Positions 8,880 through 20,214 of a stretch of DNA of 64,000 nt are shown here, one piece after another. Under the pieces are notes generated by a model. That model was not told the DNA's origin. It did no database searches and worked only from the letters and a program-made list of their open reading frames with translations. Numbering within the stretch: position 1 is the first letter of the stretch; each line of letters opens with the position of its first letter. This DNA is from Alphaproteobacteria bacterium (GTDB lineage Bacteria > Pseudomonadota > Alphaproteobacteria > UBA9219): NCBI GenBank assembly GCA_013289265.1, contig JABDAH010000004.1, positions 9,153 to 73,152 on the forward strand, in the 5' to 3' direction. A program made the translations under genes and the position numbers.

Positions 8880-10166
8880 TTAAGCCGCCTTTGTTTTCTC
8901 GATAGCTCTCCAGCCGATATCACGGCGGCAGAAACCTTCCGGCCAGTCGATCTGGTCGACAGCTTGATAGGCGCGGCTTTGCGCTTCGGCGATAGTATGG
9001 CCCACGGCGGTGACGGCGAGAACGCGTCCACCGGTAGCGATGACATCACCTGCTTCGTTGGTGTCAGTCCCGGCGTGAAATACAACGGCGTTTGGCACAG
9101 TGGCCGCTTTATCCAATCCGCGAATGGCGGTGCCTTTTTTGTAGCTGCCGGGATAGCCTGTAGCAGCCATAATGACAGTCAGCGCTGCGTAATCGTGCCA
9201 ATGGATGTCGATACCGTCCAACATGCCTTTGCTGCAGGCATAGAGCAGTGAGAGTAAGTCTGACTTTAAGCGCATCAACATGCACTCCGTTTCCGGGTCG
9301 CCAAAACGAGCGTTAAATTCAATCAACCTTGGCCCCGTTTTTGTCATCATCAGACCAGCGAATAAAATGCCGCTGAAGGGGCGACCCATATCGCGCATGG
9401 CTTTGACAGTCGGATTGATAATCTCATTCATGATGCGGTCTGACATCGCGGCATCAACGATCGGTGCCGGAGAATACGCGCCCATGCCGCCCGTGTTGGG
9501 ACCTTTGTCACCGTCATAGACAGCTTTGTGGTCTTGCGCCGCTGTGAAGGGGATCGCCACTTCACCGTCGCAGAGGGCAAAGAAACTGACTTCCTCGCCT
9601 TCCATATATTCTTCGATGACAACGGATGATCCGGAATCGCCGAAGGCTTTATTGATCATCGCATCGTCGATAGCCGCCAGCGCTTCCTCAATCGTTTGCG
9701 CAACGGTAACGCCTTTGCCTGAGGCAAGGCCGTCAGCTTTAACGACAATCGGTGCGCCTTGGGCGCGTACATAATCCTTTGCGGCTGTGGCATCGGTAAA
9801 GCGTTGGTAACCGGCGGTCGGTACATTGGCTTTGGCAGCCAGATCTTTCATAAAGCCTTTGGAGCCTTCAATTTCAGCGGCGAGTTTGCCGGGGCCAAAG
9901 CAGGCTATGCCTTCGGCGCGTAATTCATCAGCAAGGCCTAGGGTCAAAGGTAGTTCCGGCCCGATGACGACAAAATCAATTGCATAGAGGTGGCAGACTG
10001 CGATGATATCGTGAATTTTGTCAGCCGCTATGGGCAGGCATTCAGCAACGGCCTTGATGCCGGCATTACCTGGTGCGCAATATAGCTTTTCGCAAAGCGG
10101 CGATTTGGCAATCGACCAGCACAGCGCATGTTCGCGGCCACCACCGCCAACGACGAGAACTTTCAT
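8880..10166 (-). CDS. purD: Phosphoribosylamine-glycine ligase
   Basis: Starts at ATG 10166 (MKVLVVGGGGREHALCW), the canonical PurD N-terminus. The 22-codon extension in the ORF track runs into the palindromic element. Confidence 0.95.
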   Translation of the reverse strand: MKVLVVGGGGREHALCWSIAKSPLCEKLYCAPGNAGIKAVAECLPIAADKIHDIIAVCHLYAIDFVVIGPELPLTLGLADELRAEGIACFGPGKLAAEIEGSKGFMKDLAAKANVPTAGYQRFTDATAAKDYVRAQGAPIVVKADGLASGKGVTVAQTIEEALAAIDDAMINKAFGDSGSSVVIEEYMEGEEVSFFALCDGEVAIPFTAAQDHKAVYDGDKGPNTGGMGAYSPAPIVDAAMSDRIMNEIINPTVKAMRDMGRPFSGILFAGLMMTKTGPRLIEFNARFGDPETECMLMRLKSDLLSLLYACSKGMLDGIDIHWHDYAALTVIMAATGYPGSYKKGTAIRGLDKAATVPNAVVFHAGTDTNEAGDVIATGGRVLAVTAVGHTIAEAQSRAYQAVDQIDWPEGFCRRDIGWRAIEKTKAA

Positions 10167-10185
10167 TTGGTTTTCCTCACCACAA

Positions 10186-10372
10186 TTAATAACGTCATCC
10201 CGGAACACTTTCTTTTCGACTTGCTTTAGCAAGGCGAAAGAAAGTTTATCCGGGACCCAGTCAGGCTATCCATACAAGCTTTTTATCTGATAGTATCACT
10301 GGGTTCCGGATAAATTCGCATTTTCCCGCTAGTGCGGAAAAAAGCGAATTTTCCGGAATGACGTTACAATTA
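10186..10372. repeat. Nested palindromic element: a 16-bp closing stem around three long hairpins
   Basis: The closing stem pairs TAACGTCATCCCGGAA (10191-10206) with TTCCGGAATGACGTTA (10352-10367), with 1 mismatch. Hairpin 1 is 10208-10246, about 17 bp. Hairpin 2 pairs 10247-10262 with 10299-10314, 16 bp including one G-U. Hairpin 3 is 10314-10351, about 15 bp with a CCGC-tagt-GCGG tip. Confidence 0.7.
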
Positions 10373-10382
10373 AAACCTGATT

Positions 10383-11765
10383 ATGGCTATGGCTGAAACG
10401 ACTACGCAATCCGCTTTATTTGACCAACCAAGGCCCGGCAGTAATTTGCCGGAATTCAGCGTGGGTGAAATCTCCAAACTGTTGAAAAAGACGGTGGAGG
10501 AGACGTTTGGTCAGGTGCGGGTGCGCGGTGAGATCAGTGGTCTGAAGGTCGCGCCCAGCGGCCATATTTATTTCGATTTAAAGGATCAGGAAGCTTTGCT
10601 GGCGTCGGTATGCTGGAAAGGGCAGGCGGGTAAGCTGGGCCTGAAGCTGGAAAATGGTATGGAAATTGTCTGTACCGGACGGCTAACCACCTATATTGCC
10701 CGGTCGAATTATCAGCTGGTCGTCGAACGCGCAGCGCTGGCGGGTGTCGGCGCTTTACTGAAAATGCTGGAAGACAGGCGGAAGCGGCTGGAGGCCGAAG
10801 GGCTATTCAACCCGGCGCGCAAACAGTTGCTCCCCTATTTGCCGGAAGTTATCGGTGTAGTTACATCACCAACCGGTGCCGTGATCCGCGATATTTTGCA
10901 CCGGCTTGATGATCGTTTTCCGCGCCATGTTCTGGTCTGGCCAGTGGCAGTGCAGGGCGAAGGAGCGGCGCAGCAGATTGCATCTGCCATTGAAGGCTTT
11001 AATGCGCTGCCGGAAGACGGCTCTACACCGCGGCCGGATGTTTTGATCGTCGCGCGTGGTGGCGGCTCGATGGAAGATTTGATGCCGTTTAACGAAGAAA
11101 TAGTGGTGCGCGCTGCTGCTGCCAGCCATATTCCGCTGATTTCCGCCGTGGGGCATGAAACCGATACGACATTGATCGATTACGCCGCCGATGTGCGGGC
11201 GCCTACACCAACGGCAGCGGCTGAAATGGCCGTACCAGTGCGGGCTGATATATGGGCGCAAGTGACAGATAACGGCAGGCGCATGGATGATTACATGCGG
11301 CGCATGGTGCAAACACACCGTGAGCATCTGGCGCTTATGGGCCGGGCGCTTGGCGATCCGCAACGGGCGATGGAACCGCTGATGCAGCGGCTGGATGATA
11401 AATCCATACGTCTGACCATGGGCTGGCAGAGTTATCAGGCGAGATGTGCCGCGCGTGTGGCGGAAGCTGCAGGAAAAATAAGGCACCCGCGCGATATCGT
11501 GCAATTAGCCCAGCAAAAATTGATGCATTATGAACATAAAATGGGTTCCGTATTGCGGGAGATGTATTTACGCAAGCAGCATAAGCTAGAAAATTTAGGT
11601 GCTGTACTGGGGCATCTGTCACCGAAAGCAGTGTTGGGCCGCGGTTATGCCCTGATACAGGATGCATCCGGCCATGTAATCACAAGCAGCATAGCGCCCA
11701 AAGATGGGGATAAAATTCAGATCGAATTTTTCGATGGTAAGCGCGGCGCAGTGGTTAGGGATTAA
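10383..11765 (+). CDS. xseA: Exodeoxyribonuclease VII large subunit
   Basis: 460 aa with an OB-fold N-terminus (VRVRGEISGLKVAPSGHIYFDLKD) and the GRGGGSMEDL motif. Confidence 0.95.
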   Translation: MAMAETTTQSALFDQPRPGSNLPEFSVGEISKLLKKTVEETFGQVRVRGEISGLKVAPSGHIYFDLKDQEALLASVCWKGQAGKLGLKLENGMEIVCTGRLTTYIARSNYQLVVERAALAGVGALLKMLEDRRKRLEAEGLFNPARKQLLPYLPEVIGVVTSPTGAVIRDILHRLDDRFPRHVLVWPVAVQGEGAAQQIASAIEGFNALPEDGSTPRPDVLIVARGGGSMEDLMPFNEEIVVRAAAASHIPLISAVGHETDTTLIDYAADVRAPTPTAAAEMAVPVRADIWAQVTDNGRRMDDYMRRMVQTHREHLALMGRALGDPQRAMEPLMQRLDDKSIRLTMGWQSYQARCAARVAEAAGKIRHPRDIVQLAQQKLMHYEHKMGSVLREMYLRKQHKLENLGAVLGHLSPKAVLGRGYALIQDASGHVITSSIAPKDGDKIQIEFFDGKRGAVVRD

Positions 11766-12718
11766 CCTTTTAAAAATGACCGGGGTAATTCCGGAATATC
11801 GAAAACCAGTTTAATGGGCAGCGTGGCGATTTTTGTTTGCCATGTGGGCGGCAACCGTACCCAGTCTTTTTCGGTCGTCAGTAATTTTGCTTCGGCGGCT
11901 TGCGCTTTTTGTTCCAGCTGCAGCAGTTCGTTTTCCGTGAACGTATGATGATCTGGGAAGTCAGTAGTACCTACCAGATTCAATTCGGCATCGCTGCAGG
12001 TTTGATAGAATTTTTCCGGACGACCGATGCCTGCAAAAGCAAAAAATTTCGCGTCTTTGGGAAAATCGTCAGAAAGGTCGGGCAAAATCCGCGCATGCAT
12101 GACGGGGCTGTAGGTTTTTGTGCCGATGCCCTGCACATCGCTGCTGCCGATCAGGATAATACCGTCAATGCGTTTCTCGGCGCTGTGCAATGTCTCGCGC
12201 AGAGGCCCTGCAGGAATGATCAAACCATTGCCGATACCAACAGCTCCGTCCATTACCAGAAAGGCCATGCTTGGCTTGACAGTCGGGTTCTGCAACCCGT
12301 CATCCATGATGATATGCGTGGCTTCAGCTTCGGCGGCTTTTATGCCCGCGGCGCGGTTGCGGCTGATCCATGTCGGCGCAATACGGGCCAGAAGCAATGC
12401 TTCATCTCCTACTTGAGATGCAATGTGGATGGTAGGATCAACACGCAGCGGACCGCAGACGCTGCCGCCATAGCCGCGTGTGACGAAAACAGGGTTGGCT
12501 TCCTGCTGTAGCAAAAAATTGGCTATAGCAATGCAGGTCGGTGTTTTACCCGCGCCGCCAGCGATGATATTGCCGATACAGATAACCGGAATTTTCGCCC
12601 TGTAAGCTCTGGTCAATAAGCGACGTAAAAACCCGCCCAGCCAAAAGAGTGCCGCCAGAGGCAATAGCGATTTTGCCTGCCAATTGGTCGGCTCAAACCA
12701 GAATTGTGGAGCTTTCAT
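11762..12718 (-). CDS. lpxK: Tetraacyldisaccharide 4'-kinase
   Basis: 318 aa with the P-loop GNIIAGGAGKTP and an LpxK-like N-terminal membrane helix. Confidence 0.9.
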   Translation of the reverse strand: MKAPQFWFEPTNWQAKSLLPLAALFWLGGFLRRLLTRAYRAKIPVICIGNIIAGGAGKTPTCIAIANFLLQQEANPVFVTRGYGGSVCGPLRVDPTIHIASQVGDEALLLARIAPTWISRNRAAGIKAAEAEATHIIMDDGLQNPTVKPSMAFLVMDGAVGIGNGLIIPAGPLRETLHSAEKRIDGIILIGSSDVQGIGTKTYSPVMHARILPDLSDDFPKDAKFFAFAGIGRPEKFYQTCSDAELNLVGTTDFPDHHTFTENELLQLEQKAQAAEAKLLTTEKDWVRLPPTWQTKIATLPIKLVFDIPELPRSFLKG

Positions 12719-13998
12719 ACTTTCCTCCGCGGCGGCATGTTCAGCCAGGGCCGCAACTCCACCATAATCTGGTCGAGGATATGGTGTTTTTCGTCGGCGA
12801 GGATGCGGGCGTTCTGCGCGTATTTGGCGCGTTCCTCGGCGCTATTCAATAATCGATTGAGCGAAAAGCTGAGTTCATTCGCATTCTGCAGTTGAAGCGC
12901 GGCCTGGTTGAGCATGAACTCATGCGTGATTTCAGAAAAATTTTGCATATGTGGGCCAAAGATAATGACGCAACCAAGCTGGGCGGGTTCAATAGGGTTA
13001 TGTCCGCCGCCGGGGGCAACAAACGAATTGCCGATACAGGTAATAGGGCTGAGGCGATAAAATAGTCCCAGCTCGCCCATTGTGTCGGCCAGATATATTT
13101 GGGTGTAGGGTGTAATGTTCTGTTTTTGCGACCGTCGCACGAGTTGCAAATTTTGTGCAGAAATTTGTTTGGCGATTTCGTTGCCACGCACGGCATGGCG
13201 CGGAATGATAATCGTCAGCAGGTTCGGCCATTTCGTCATTAGGCTTTTATGCGCTGCTAGCGCCATTTCTTCTTCGCCGCGATGTGTCGATGCCATCACC
13301 CAGCACAGCCGTCCCGCCAGAGTTTGCTTTAACTGAGTGAGTTGTTCTTCGTCCGCGGGCAGGGGCTCTGCCGCATATTTTAAATTACCGATGCAACGTA
13401 CCGGTTTTGCGCCAAGCGCTACAAAGCGAGAACGTTCCACTTCTGTCTGCGTCAGGCTCAGGGTAAAGGTACTCATGATCTCACGCGCCCAGCTTTTGAA
13501 CCTGTACCAGTTGTGGAAAGATTTTTCCGACATGCGCCCGTTGAGCAGCACGACGGGGATCAGCCGGTTGCGCAAGCCTTCCAGCATATTGGGCCAAAGC
13601 TCGGACTCGATCCAGATCACAAAATCAGGTTTCCAGTGCTTGAGGAAAGCATCGACATAGGGCGCGCGGTCCACAGGTATATATTGGTGGATGATTTGCG
13701 GCGGCAGGCGGCCTTCTAGCATCCGGGCCGAAGTGACAGTGCCGGTGGTGACTAAAATATTGACCTCGGGATAGAGCGCGCGGATTTTCTCAATAAGGGT
13801 CAGAAGGGATGCAGCTTCGCCCACGCTGGCGGCATGGCACCAGACCAGATTGCCGTTGGGACGTGGTTTGGATGCGTGACCTAAACGTTCAGGAAAACGC
13901 TGCGAATCCTCACGGCCTTCACGCCGCCGCTTCGCCAGATAAAGGCTGATAACGGGCGCACCGAGATTGGTCAAAAGGCGGTAGAGAAACGAGAACAT
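12715..13998 (-). CDS. waaA: 3-deoxy-D-manno-octulosonic acid (Kdo) transferase
   Basis: 427 aa with WCHAASVGEA and GGHNPIEPA, both typical of WaaA/KdtA. Overlaps lpxK by 4 nt. Confidence 0.9.
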   Translation of the reverse strand: MFSFLYRLLTNLGAPVISLYLAKRRREGREDSQRFPERLGHASKPRPNGNLVWCHAASVGEAASLLTLIEKIRALYPEVNILVTTGTVTSARMLEGRLPPQIIHQYIPVDRAPYVDAFLKHWKPDFVIWIESELWPNMLEGLRNRLIPVVLLNGRMSEKSFHNWYRFKSWAREIMSTFTLSLTQTEVERSRFVALGAKPVRCIGNLKYAAEPLPADEEQLTQLKQTLAGRLCWVMASTHRGEEEMALAAHKSLMTKWPNLLTIIIPRHAVRGNEIAKQISAQNLQLVRRSQKQNITPYTQIYLADTMGELGLFYRLSPITCIGNSFVAPGGGHNPIEPAQLGCVIIFGPHMQNFSEITHEFMLNQAALQLQNANELSFSLNRLLNSAEERAKYAQNARILADEKHHILDQIMVELRPWLNMPPRRKV

Positions 13999-14013
13999 CG
14001 GCGCAGAATGCCA

Positions 14014-15159
14014 TTACTTGAACAGCAATGCCAGTGCGTGCTGCCACCAGCGGCTGAGCCAGTGGCGCAGGCGTGTTATGCGCTTGATGGCCTCAGGCGT
14101 GGGGGCCTGTAGATGATTATAGAAATCAGCAGTGCAAGCCTGCCATGAAAAGCTTTCGGCAAAGGTTCTGGGCAATGCAGGATCATTGGGTAAAACCAGT
14201 GCGCGTTGCACAGCCTGATGAAGGTCGGCGTCAAGCACGGCAAATTTTTGTGTGGTGGGGTCACTAAAAACATCAACAGGGCCAGGCGCCGGGTAACTTG
14301 CGATACGTAAGCCCGCAGCGCAGGCTTCCAGTAAGACGAGGCCGAATGTATCGGTGGTTGAGGGAAAAACAAATAAATCACAGGCGGCATAGTGCCGCGC
14401 CAATATTTCGCCCGACATCGAACCCAGAAAATGCGCGTCTGGATATTCGGTGCGCAATAATTCCAGATCCGGCCCGTCGCCGATAACAACTTTGCTGCCG
14501 GGTGTTTTGAGACCCAGAAAAGCGCGAAGGTTTTTTTCTATCGCGACGCGCCCGACATAAAGTAAAACCGGGCGGGGTATGTTCTGATACGCTTCTATAT
14601 TTTTGCCATAAGGTTGAAACAGCTTTGTATCAACGCCGCGCGACCAGCGCACGATGCGGCGGAATTTGCGTTTATGCAGCTCCGCCTCGATGGAAGGGGT
14701 CGCCACCATAATCGCGCTGCTGGGTGTATGAAAACGGCGCAATGCGGCGTAACTGAAAATCCGTACAAATCTGGAAAATATTTTGAGTACCCGCGCCGCC
14801 AGATATTCCGGAAAGCGTGTATGATACGATGTCGTGAAGGGCAGGCGGTGATAAAGGCACATATTCCGCGCCGCCCAGCCGAGTGGCCCTTCGGTAGCAA
14901 TATGGATAAAATCAGGTTTGAATTCCTGTACTATTTTGTACAAACGCGGCCGCGCCAGAAATTCCAGCTTGATAGAAGGGTAAGACGGCGCCGCAAAAGT
15001 GCACCACCGCAGGGCATCGGGGCCCGCGATCAGGACATCATGTCCCATGCGGCGCAGCTCGCTTGATGTTTCTTCCAGCGTACGCACAACGCCGTTGATT
15101 TGCGGATACCACGCATCGCTGACAATAAGAATTTTTTTTGGCGATACTGTATTTAACAA
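14014..15159 (-). CDS. Glycosyltransferase family 4 (GT-B fold)
   Basis: 381 aa with the N-terminal ILIVSDAWYPQINGV and the C-terminal EX7E region FPSTTDTFGLVLLEACAAG. Confidence 0.8.
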   Translation of the reverse strand: MLNTVSPKKILIVSDAWYPQINGVVRTLEETSSELRRMGHDVLIAGPDALRWCTFAAPSYPSIKLEFLARPRLYKIVQEFKPDFIHIATEGPLGWAARNMCLYHRLPFTTSYHTRFPEYLAARVLKIFSRFVRIFSYAALRRFHTPSSAIMVATPSIEAELHKRKFRRIVRWSRGVDTKLFQPYGKNIEAYQNIPRPVLLYVGRVAIEKNLRAFLGLKTPGSKVVIGDGPDLELLRTEYPDAHFLGSMSGEILARHYAACDLFVFPSTTDTFGLVLLEACAAGLRIASYPAPGPVDVFSDPTTQKFAVLDADLHQAVQRALVLPNDPALPRTFAESFSWQACTADFYNHLQAPTPEAIKRITRLRHWLSRWWQHALALLFK

Positions 15160-15174
15160 AAGGACACCTGAAGT

Positions 15175-16101
15175 TTAAGCCGCCACGGTTTCGGCAGTGT
15201 CCATATTTTGATCGTTATAGTCGAGGGATTCATCGGCCTCTACCGCATCCAAAAGCATGTCACGCTGCTGCGCCCAATGGATGATGGAAAGATTGCCCTG
15301 CATGTCTTCAACCAAAGCGGTACAGGATTCGACCCAATCGCCATCATTGCAGTAGAGTACGTCACCTACCTTCCGCATTTCGGCATGATGGATATGGCCG
15401 CAGACAACACCGTCGACCTTACTATGCGCTGCGCGTTCGGAGATGAAATGTTCAAAGGTGCTGATGTGCGAAACGGCGTTTTTGACTTTGTGTTTCAGGT
15501 AAGCCGACAAAGACCAATAAGAATAGCCCAGAAAGCGGCGCACAAAATTCAGCAAAGTATTGAGTTTCAGTGTAAATTCGTAAGCCGCATCGCCCAGGTG
15601 TGCGAGCCATTTGGCGCAGCTCATGACCGCATCGAACTGATCGCCATGGAGGATCAATAAACGTTTGCCCTTGGCCGTTACGTGCACGATTTCGTTGGTG
15701 ACGAAGACGCCGCCGAAATGCAGATCGCAGAAATTACGCGCGGCTTCGTCATGATTGCCGGGGACATAAAAAACTTTCGCGCCCTTTCGGGCGCGGCGCA
15801 AAATTTTTTGAATGACATCGTTATGTTTCTGGGGCCAGAACCATCGTTTACGCAGAGCCCAGCCATCGACAATATCGCCGACGAGGTACAGATAATCGGA
15901 TTCCGTATGTTTCAGGAAGTCGAGCAGCAATTCGGCCTGACAGCCGCGTGTGCCCAAATGAATGTCGGAAATCCAGATTGTGCGAAAGTGAAGAACTTTT
16001 CCTGCGTGATCATTTGTCAAATGATCAGAGTAACCTGATTGTACAGGTTCCGGCGGCGGCGACTGCAGTGAGTGATGCAGCTTGCGGTAGTCGTCGGGCA
16101 T
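15175..16101 (-). CDS. LpxH-like calcineurin-type metallophosphoesterase (function uncertain)
   Basis: 308 aa with the DxH motif (ISDIHLG), GD (LVGDIVDGW) and GNHD (VPGNHDE). The architecture resembles UDP-2,3-diacylglucosamine hydrolase, but it has GNHD where E. coli LpxH has GNRD. Confidence 0.65.
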   Translation of the reverse strand: MPDDYRKLHHSLQSPPPEPVQSGYSDHLTNDHAGKVLHFRTIWISDIHLGTRGCQAELLLDFLKHTESDYLYLVGDIVDGWALRKRWFWPQKHNDVIQKILRRARKGAKVFYVPGNHDEAARNFCDLHFGGVFVTNEIVHVTAKGKRLLILHGDQFDAVMSCAKWLAHLGDAAYEFTLKLNTLLNFVRRFLGYSYWSLSAYLKHKVKNAVSHISTFEHFISERAAHSKVDGVVCGHIHHAEMRKVGDVLYCNDGDWVESCTALVEDMQGNLSIIHWAQQRDMLLDAVEADESLDYNDQNMDTAETVAA

Positions 16102-16138
16102 GCAGATCCTTTCGAATCAATTGCAGGCAGACTCTACA

Positions 16139-17473
16139 CTAAATCCCGGCGATTGTCATTCCTTCAACGCGCAAAGTAGGACTATCGACGCCGCGTAAAA
16201 ATTCCAGATCATTCGCGGCGGTGAGGTTTAAAAACATGTCTTTCAGGTTGCTGGCGATTGTCATTTCACTAACCGGAAAAACGATCGTTCCGTTTTCGAT
16301 CCAAAATCCGGCTGCCGCCTGACTGTAATCGCCGGTCACGCCGTTAACCCCCATTCCCATCAGCTCTGTGACATAAAAACCCTGTTTAATATCGCGAATG
16401 AGATCGGCTGGATTTAACGTGCCCGGTTCCATATAAAAATTACTGACCGAAGGTGTAGGTACGCCACCCGGCGAGCGCGAAGCATGGCCTGTGCTTTTCA
16501 TTTTCAGCTGTCGCGCCGAACGCAAATCCAGCAACCATGTTGTGAGAACGCCTTCATCGATGATCTTGCGCTTTTGCGGAAGAAGGCCTTCGGCATCGAA
16601 GGGGCGCGACCGCAGGCCACCGACACGGAAAGGATCATCAATGATGTTGATGCCTTTGGTAAAAATTTGCTGGCCGAGCTTGTCTTTCAAAAAACTGGTG
16701 CCACGCGCGACACTTGTTCCTGAAATGGCGCCTGCTAGTTGTCCCAGTAAACTTCCGGCGATACGCGGCTCGAACACAACTGGGTAATGCCCGGTCGGCA
16801 TTTTACGCGCGCCAAGACGGCGAACTGTGCGCTCTGCTGCGTGTTTGCCGATACTTGCCGCACTTGGCATGTCTGCGGCAAAGACGCGGCTGGCAAAATC
16901 ATAATCGCGTTCCATTGCCGTGCCGTCGCCCGCAAGCACCGAAGCGCTGAGGCTGTAATTGGTGCGACGATAGGTCCCGGTGAAGCCATTGCTGGCAGCC
17001 AGCGTAATTTCGGATTTACTAGCTCCAGCGTCGCCGCCTTCGGAATTGGTTACGCCTTTGACGGCGAGCGCCGCTTCTTCGGCCTCGCGGGCTTGCGCGA
17101 TAAGGTCTTCGGCAGTGGGATCTTCGTCGTCAGCCAAAACCAGCTTCGGCCAATCTTTGGTGATTTCGGTGGGATCGGCGAGGCCACAAAGATTATCTTC
17201 CGGCGCAGCCTTGGCCATGGCGACGGCACGTTCCACCAATTCTTTCAATGCTTGCGGTTTTCGGTCCGTTGCAGAAACCATTGCCTGCTTTTTGCCGACA
17301 AAAACCCGTAAACCGAGATCACCTGATTCGGCGCGCTCTAAAGTTTCGACCTTGCCAAGCCTGTACCCTACCGAAAGGGCTGTTGCGTCAATCAACATGG
17401 CATCGGCAGCACCAGCGCCCGCCTTACATGCGTTTTTTACCAGATCATTGAGGAGGGAAGCGGCATCCGTCAT
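16139..17473 (-). CDS. pmbA: PmbA/TldE family metalloprotease
   Basis: Starts at ATG 17473 (MTDAASLLNDLV...). The 444 aa match the PmbA_TldD family along their length. Confidence 0.85.
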   Translation of the reverse strand: MTDAASLLNDLVKNACKAGAGAADAMLIDATALSVGYRLGKVETLERAESGDLGLRVFVGKKQAMVSATDRKPQALKELVERAVAMAKAAPEDNLCGLADPTEITKDWPKLVLADDEDPTAEDLIAQAREAEEAALAVKGVTNSEGGDAGASKSEITLAASNGFTGTYRRTNYSLSASVLAGDGTAMERDYDFASRVFAADMPSAASIGKHAAERTVRRLGARKMPTGHYPVVFEPRIAGSLLGQLAGAISGTSVARGTSFLKDKLGQQIFTKGINIIDDPFRVGGLRSRPFDAEGLLPQKRKIIDEGVLTTWLLDLRSARQLKMKSTGHASRSPGGVPTPSVSNFYMEPGTLNPADLIRDIKQGFYVTELMGMGVNGVTGDYSQAAAGFWIENGTIVFPVSEMTIASNLKDMFLNLTAANDLEFLRGVDSPTLRVEGMTIAGI

Positions 17474-17640
17474 TTTTGACTCTAACTTAAGGGGCGGGGC
17501 GCTATGCATAACCCCCACATCACCAACTGAACAGGGCTATTTTGCGACTTGAACGAAATCTTTGCCAGCGGTAAGCGAAGGGTCTATATAGTGCACCTAC
17601 AAATAACCCCGTTTTTTCTCATCCGTGCCGGAGTGAAATC

Positions 17641-18552
17641 GTGTCCGTTGTCTCAAGACATATAAATATTGCCAGATTTGCCCTGATTTTGGCTCTCAGC
17701 CTTGTTCTTTCCAGCCTGTTTGCTGTGCCGTCATGGGCTGATGGCATCCCCCATGCCTGGGGCATCAATCTGCAGGATCCCGGCTCGCCCATCGAAAGTC
17801 GTATTCATGGGTTCCATGATATGTTGCTCTGGATCATCATACTCATCAGCATTTTTGTTCTTGGGCTGCTGGTCTGGGTCATGGTGCGATACAATAAATG
17901 GACCAACCCGACGCCAACGACGACAGCGCATAATGTGAAGCTGGAAATTATCTGGACGCTGCTGCCTTGCCTTGTTCTGATCGGCATCGCTTTGTATTCG
18001 TTCCCTTTGCTTTACTACACGGACCGCACGCCGGATAAATATGACATGACCGTCAAGGTCACCGGCCACCAATGGTATTGGTCATATGAATATCCGGATA
18101 ACGGTAATCTGAGCTTTGATAGCCACGCTATCTGGGATTCATCGGATGTTACGCAGGATCAAGCCAATAAGCTGATCGCAGAGGCTTCACCCGGCTGGCT
18201 GATCAAGGGCGAGCCGCAGCGCATGCTGGAAGTTGATAACCGCGTTGTTCTCCCGGTTGGTTCTGTCGTTCGTGTTCAGGTCGCAGGCAGCGATGTTGAG
18301 CATTCATGGTTTGTGCCGTCGCTTGGTGTTAACCGCATGTCAGTGCCGGGCCATCTGACCGAGGTTTGGATCAAGCTTGATCGCGAAGGCATTTTCTACG
18401 GCCAATGCTCGATGATTTGTGGCAATGGCCACGGTTATATGCCAATTGTTATCGAAGGCGTAGCGCCGGATAAATTCGCGGCATGGGTTCAATCGAAGAA
18501 ATCTTCGGTAGGCCAGTTGAATACGCCGTCGCATTTCGCCGCGGCCCAGTAA
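17641..18552 (+). CDS. coxB: Cytochrome c oxidase subunit II
   Basis: 303 aa with a signal peptide, two TM helices and the CuA motif CSMICGNGHGYM. Confidence 0.95.
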   Translation: MSVVSRHINIARFALILALSLVLSSLFAVPSWADGIPHAWGINLQDPGSPIESRIHGFHDMLLWIIILISIFVLGLLVWVMVRYNKWTNPTPTTTAHNVKLEIIWTLLPCLVLIGIALYSFPLLYYTDRTPDKYDMTVKVTGHQWYWSYEYPDNGNLSFDSHAIWDSSDVTQDQANKLIAEASPGWLIKGEPQRMLEVDNRVVLPVGSVVRVQVAGSDVEHSWFVPSLGVNRMSVPGHLTEVWIKLDREGIFYGQCSMICGNGHGYMPIVIEGVAPDKFAAWVQSKKSSVGQLNTPSHFAAAQ

Positions 18553-18577
18553 TTCCAGAATTTCAATCAGGGAATAG

Positions 18578-20191
<1,614 letters not shown>

Positions 20192-20214
20192 GAAAAACTG
20201 GGCAAGACCAAAAG

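Noticed and set aside
8170-8880. Possible att-like duplication of the tadA 3' end (TTTTTGCGGAGAAGCGTGAGTAA) at the end of the VanX-like gene (TTTTTACGGTGCGGTTGATTAA), by analogy with the smpB repeat.
   Set aside because: The similarity is short and gapped, and the encoded peptides differ (RFFAEKRE versus AFYGAVD). It is not distinguishable from chance by eye.
10167-10382. A purine-related riboswitch (ZTP/pfl or purine) upstream of purD.
   Set aside because: Neither strand contains the conserved ZTP core (GGGTCGTGAC...CCGCCTGGGC) or the purine-riboswitch junction nucleotides. The structure is better explained as a nested palindromic repeat.
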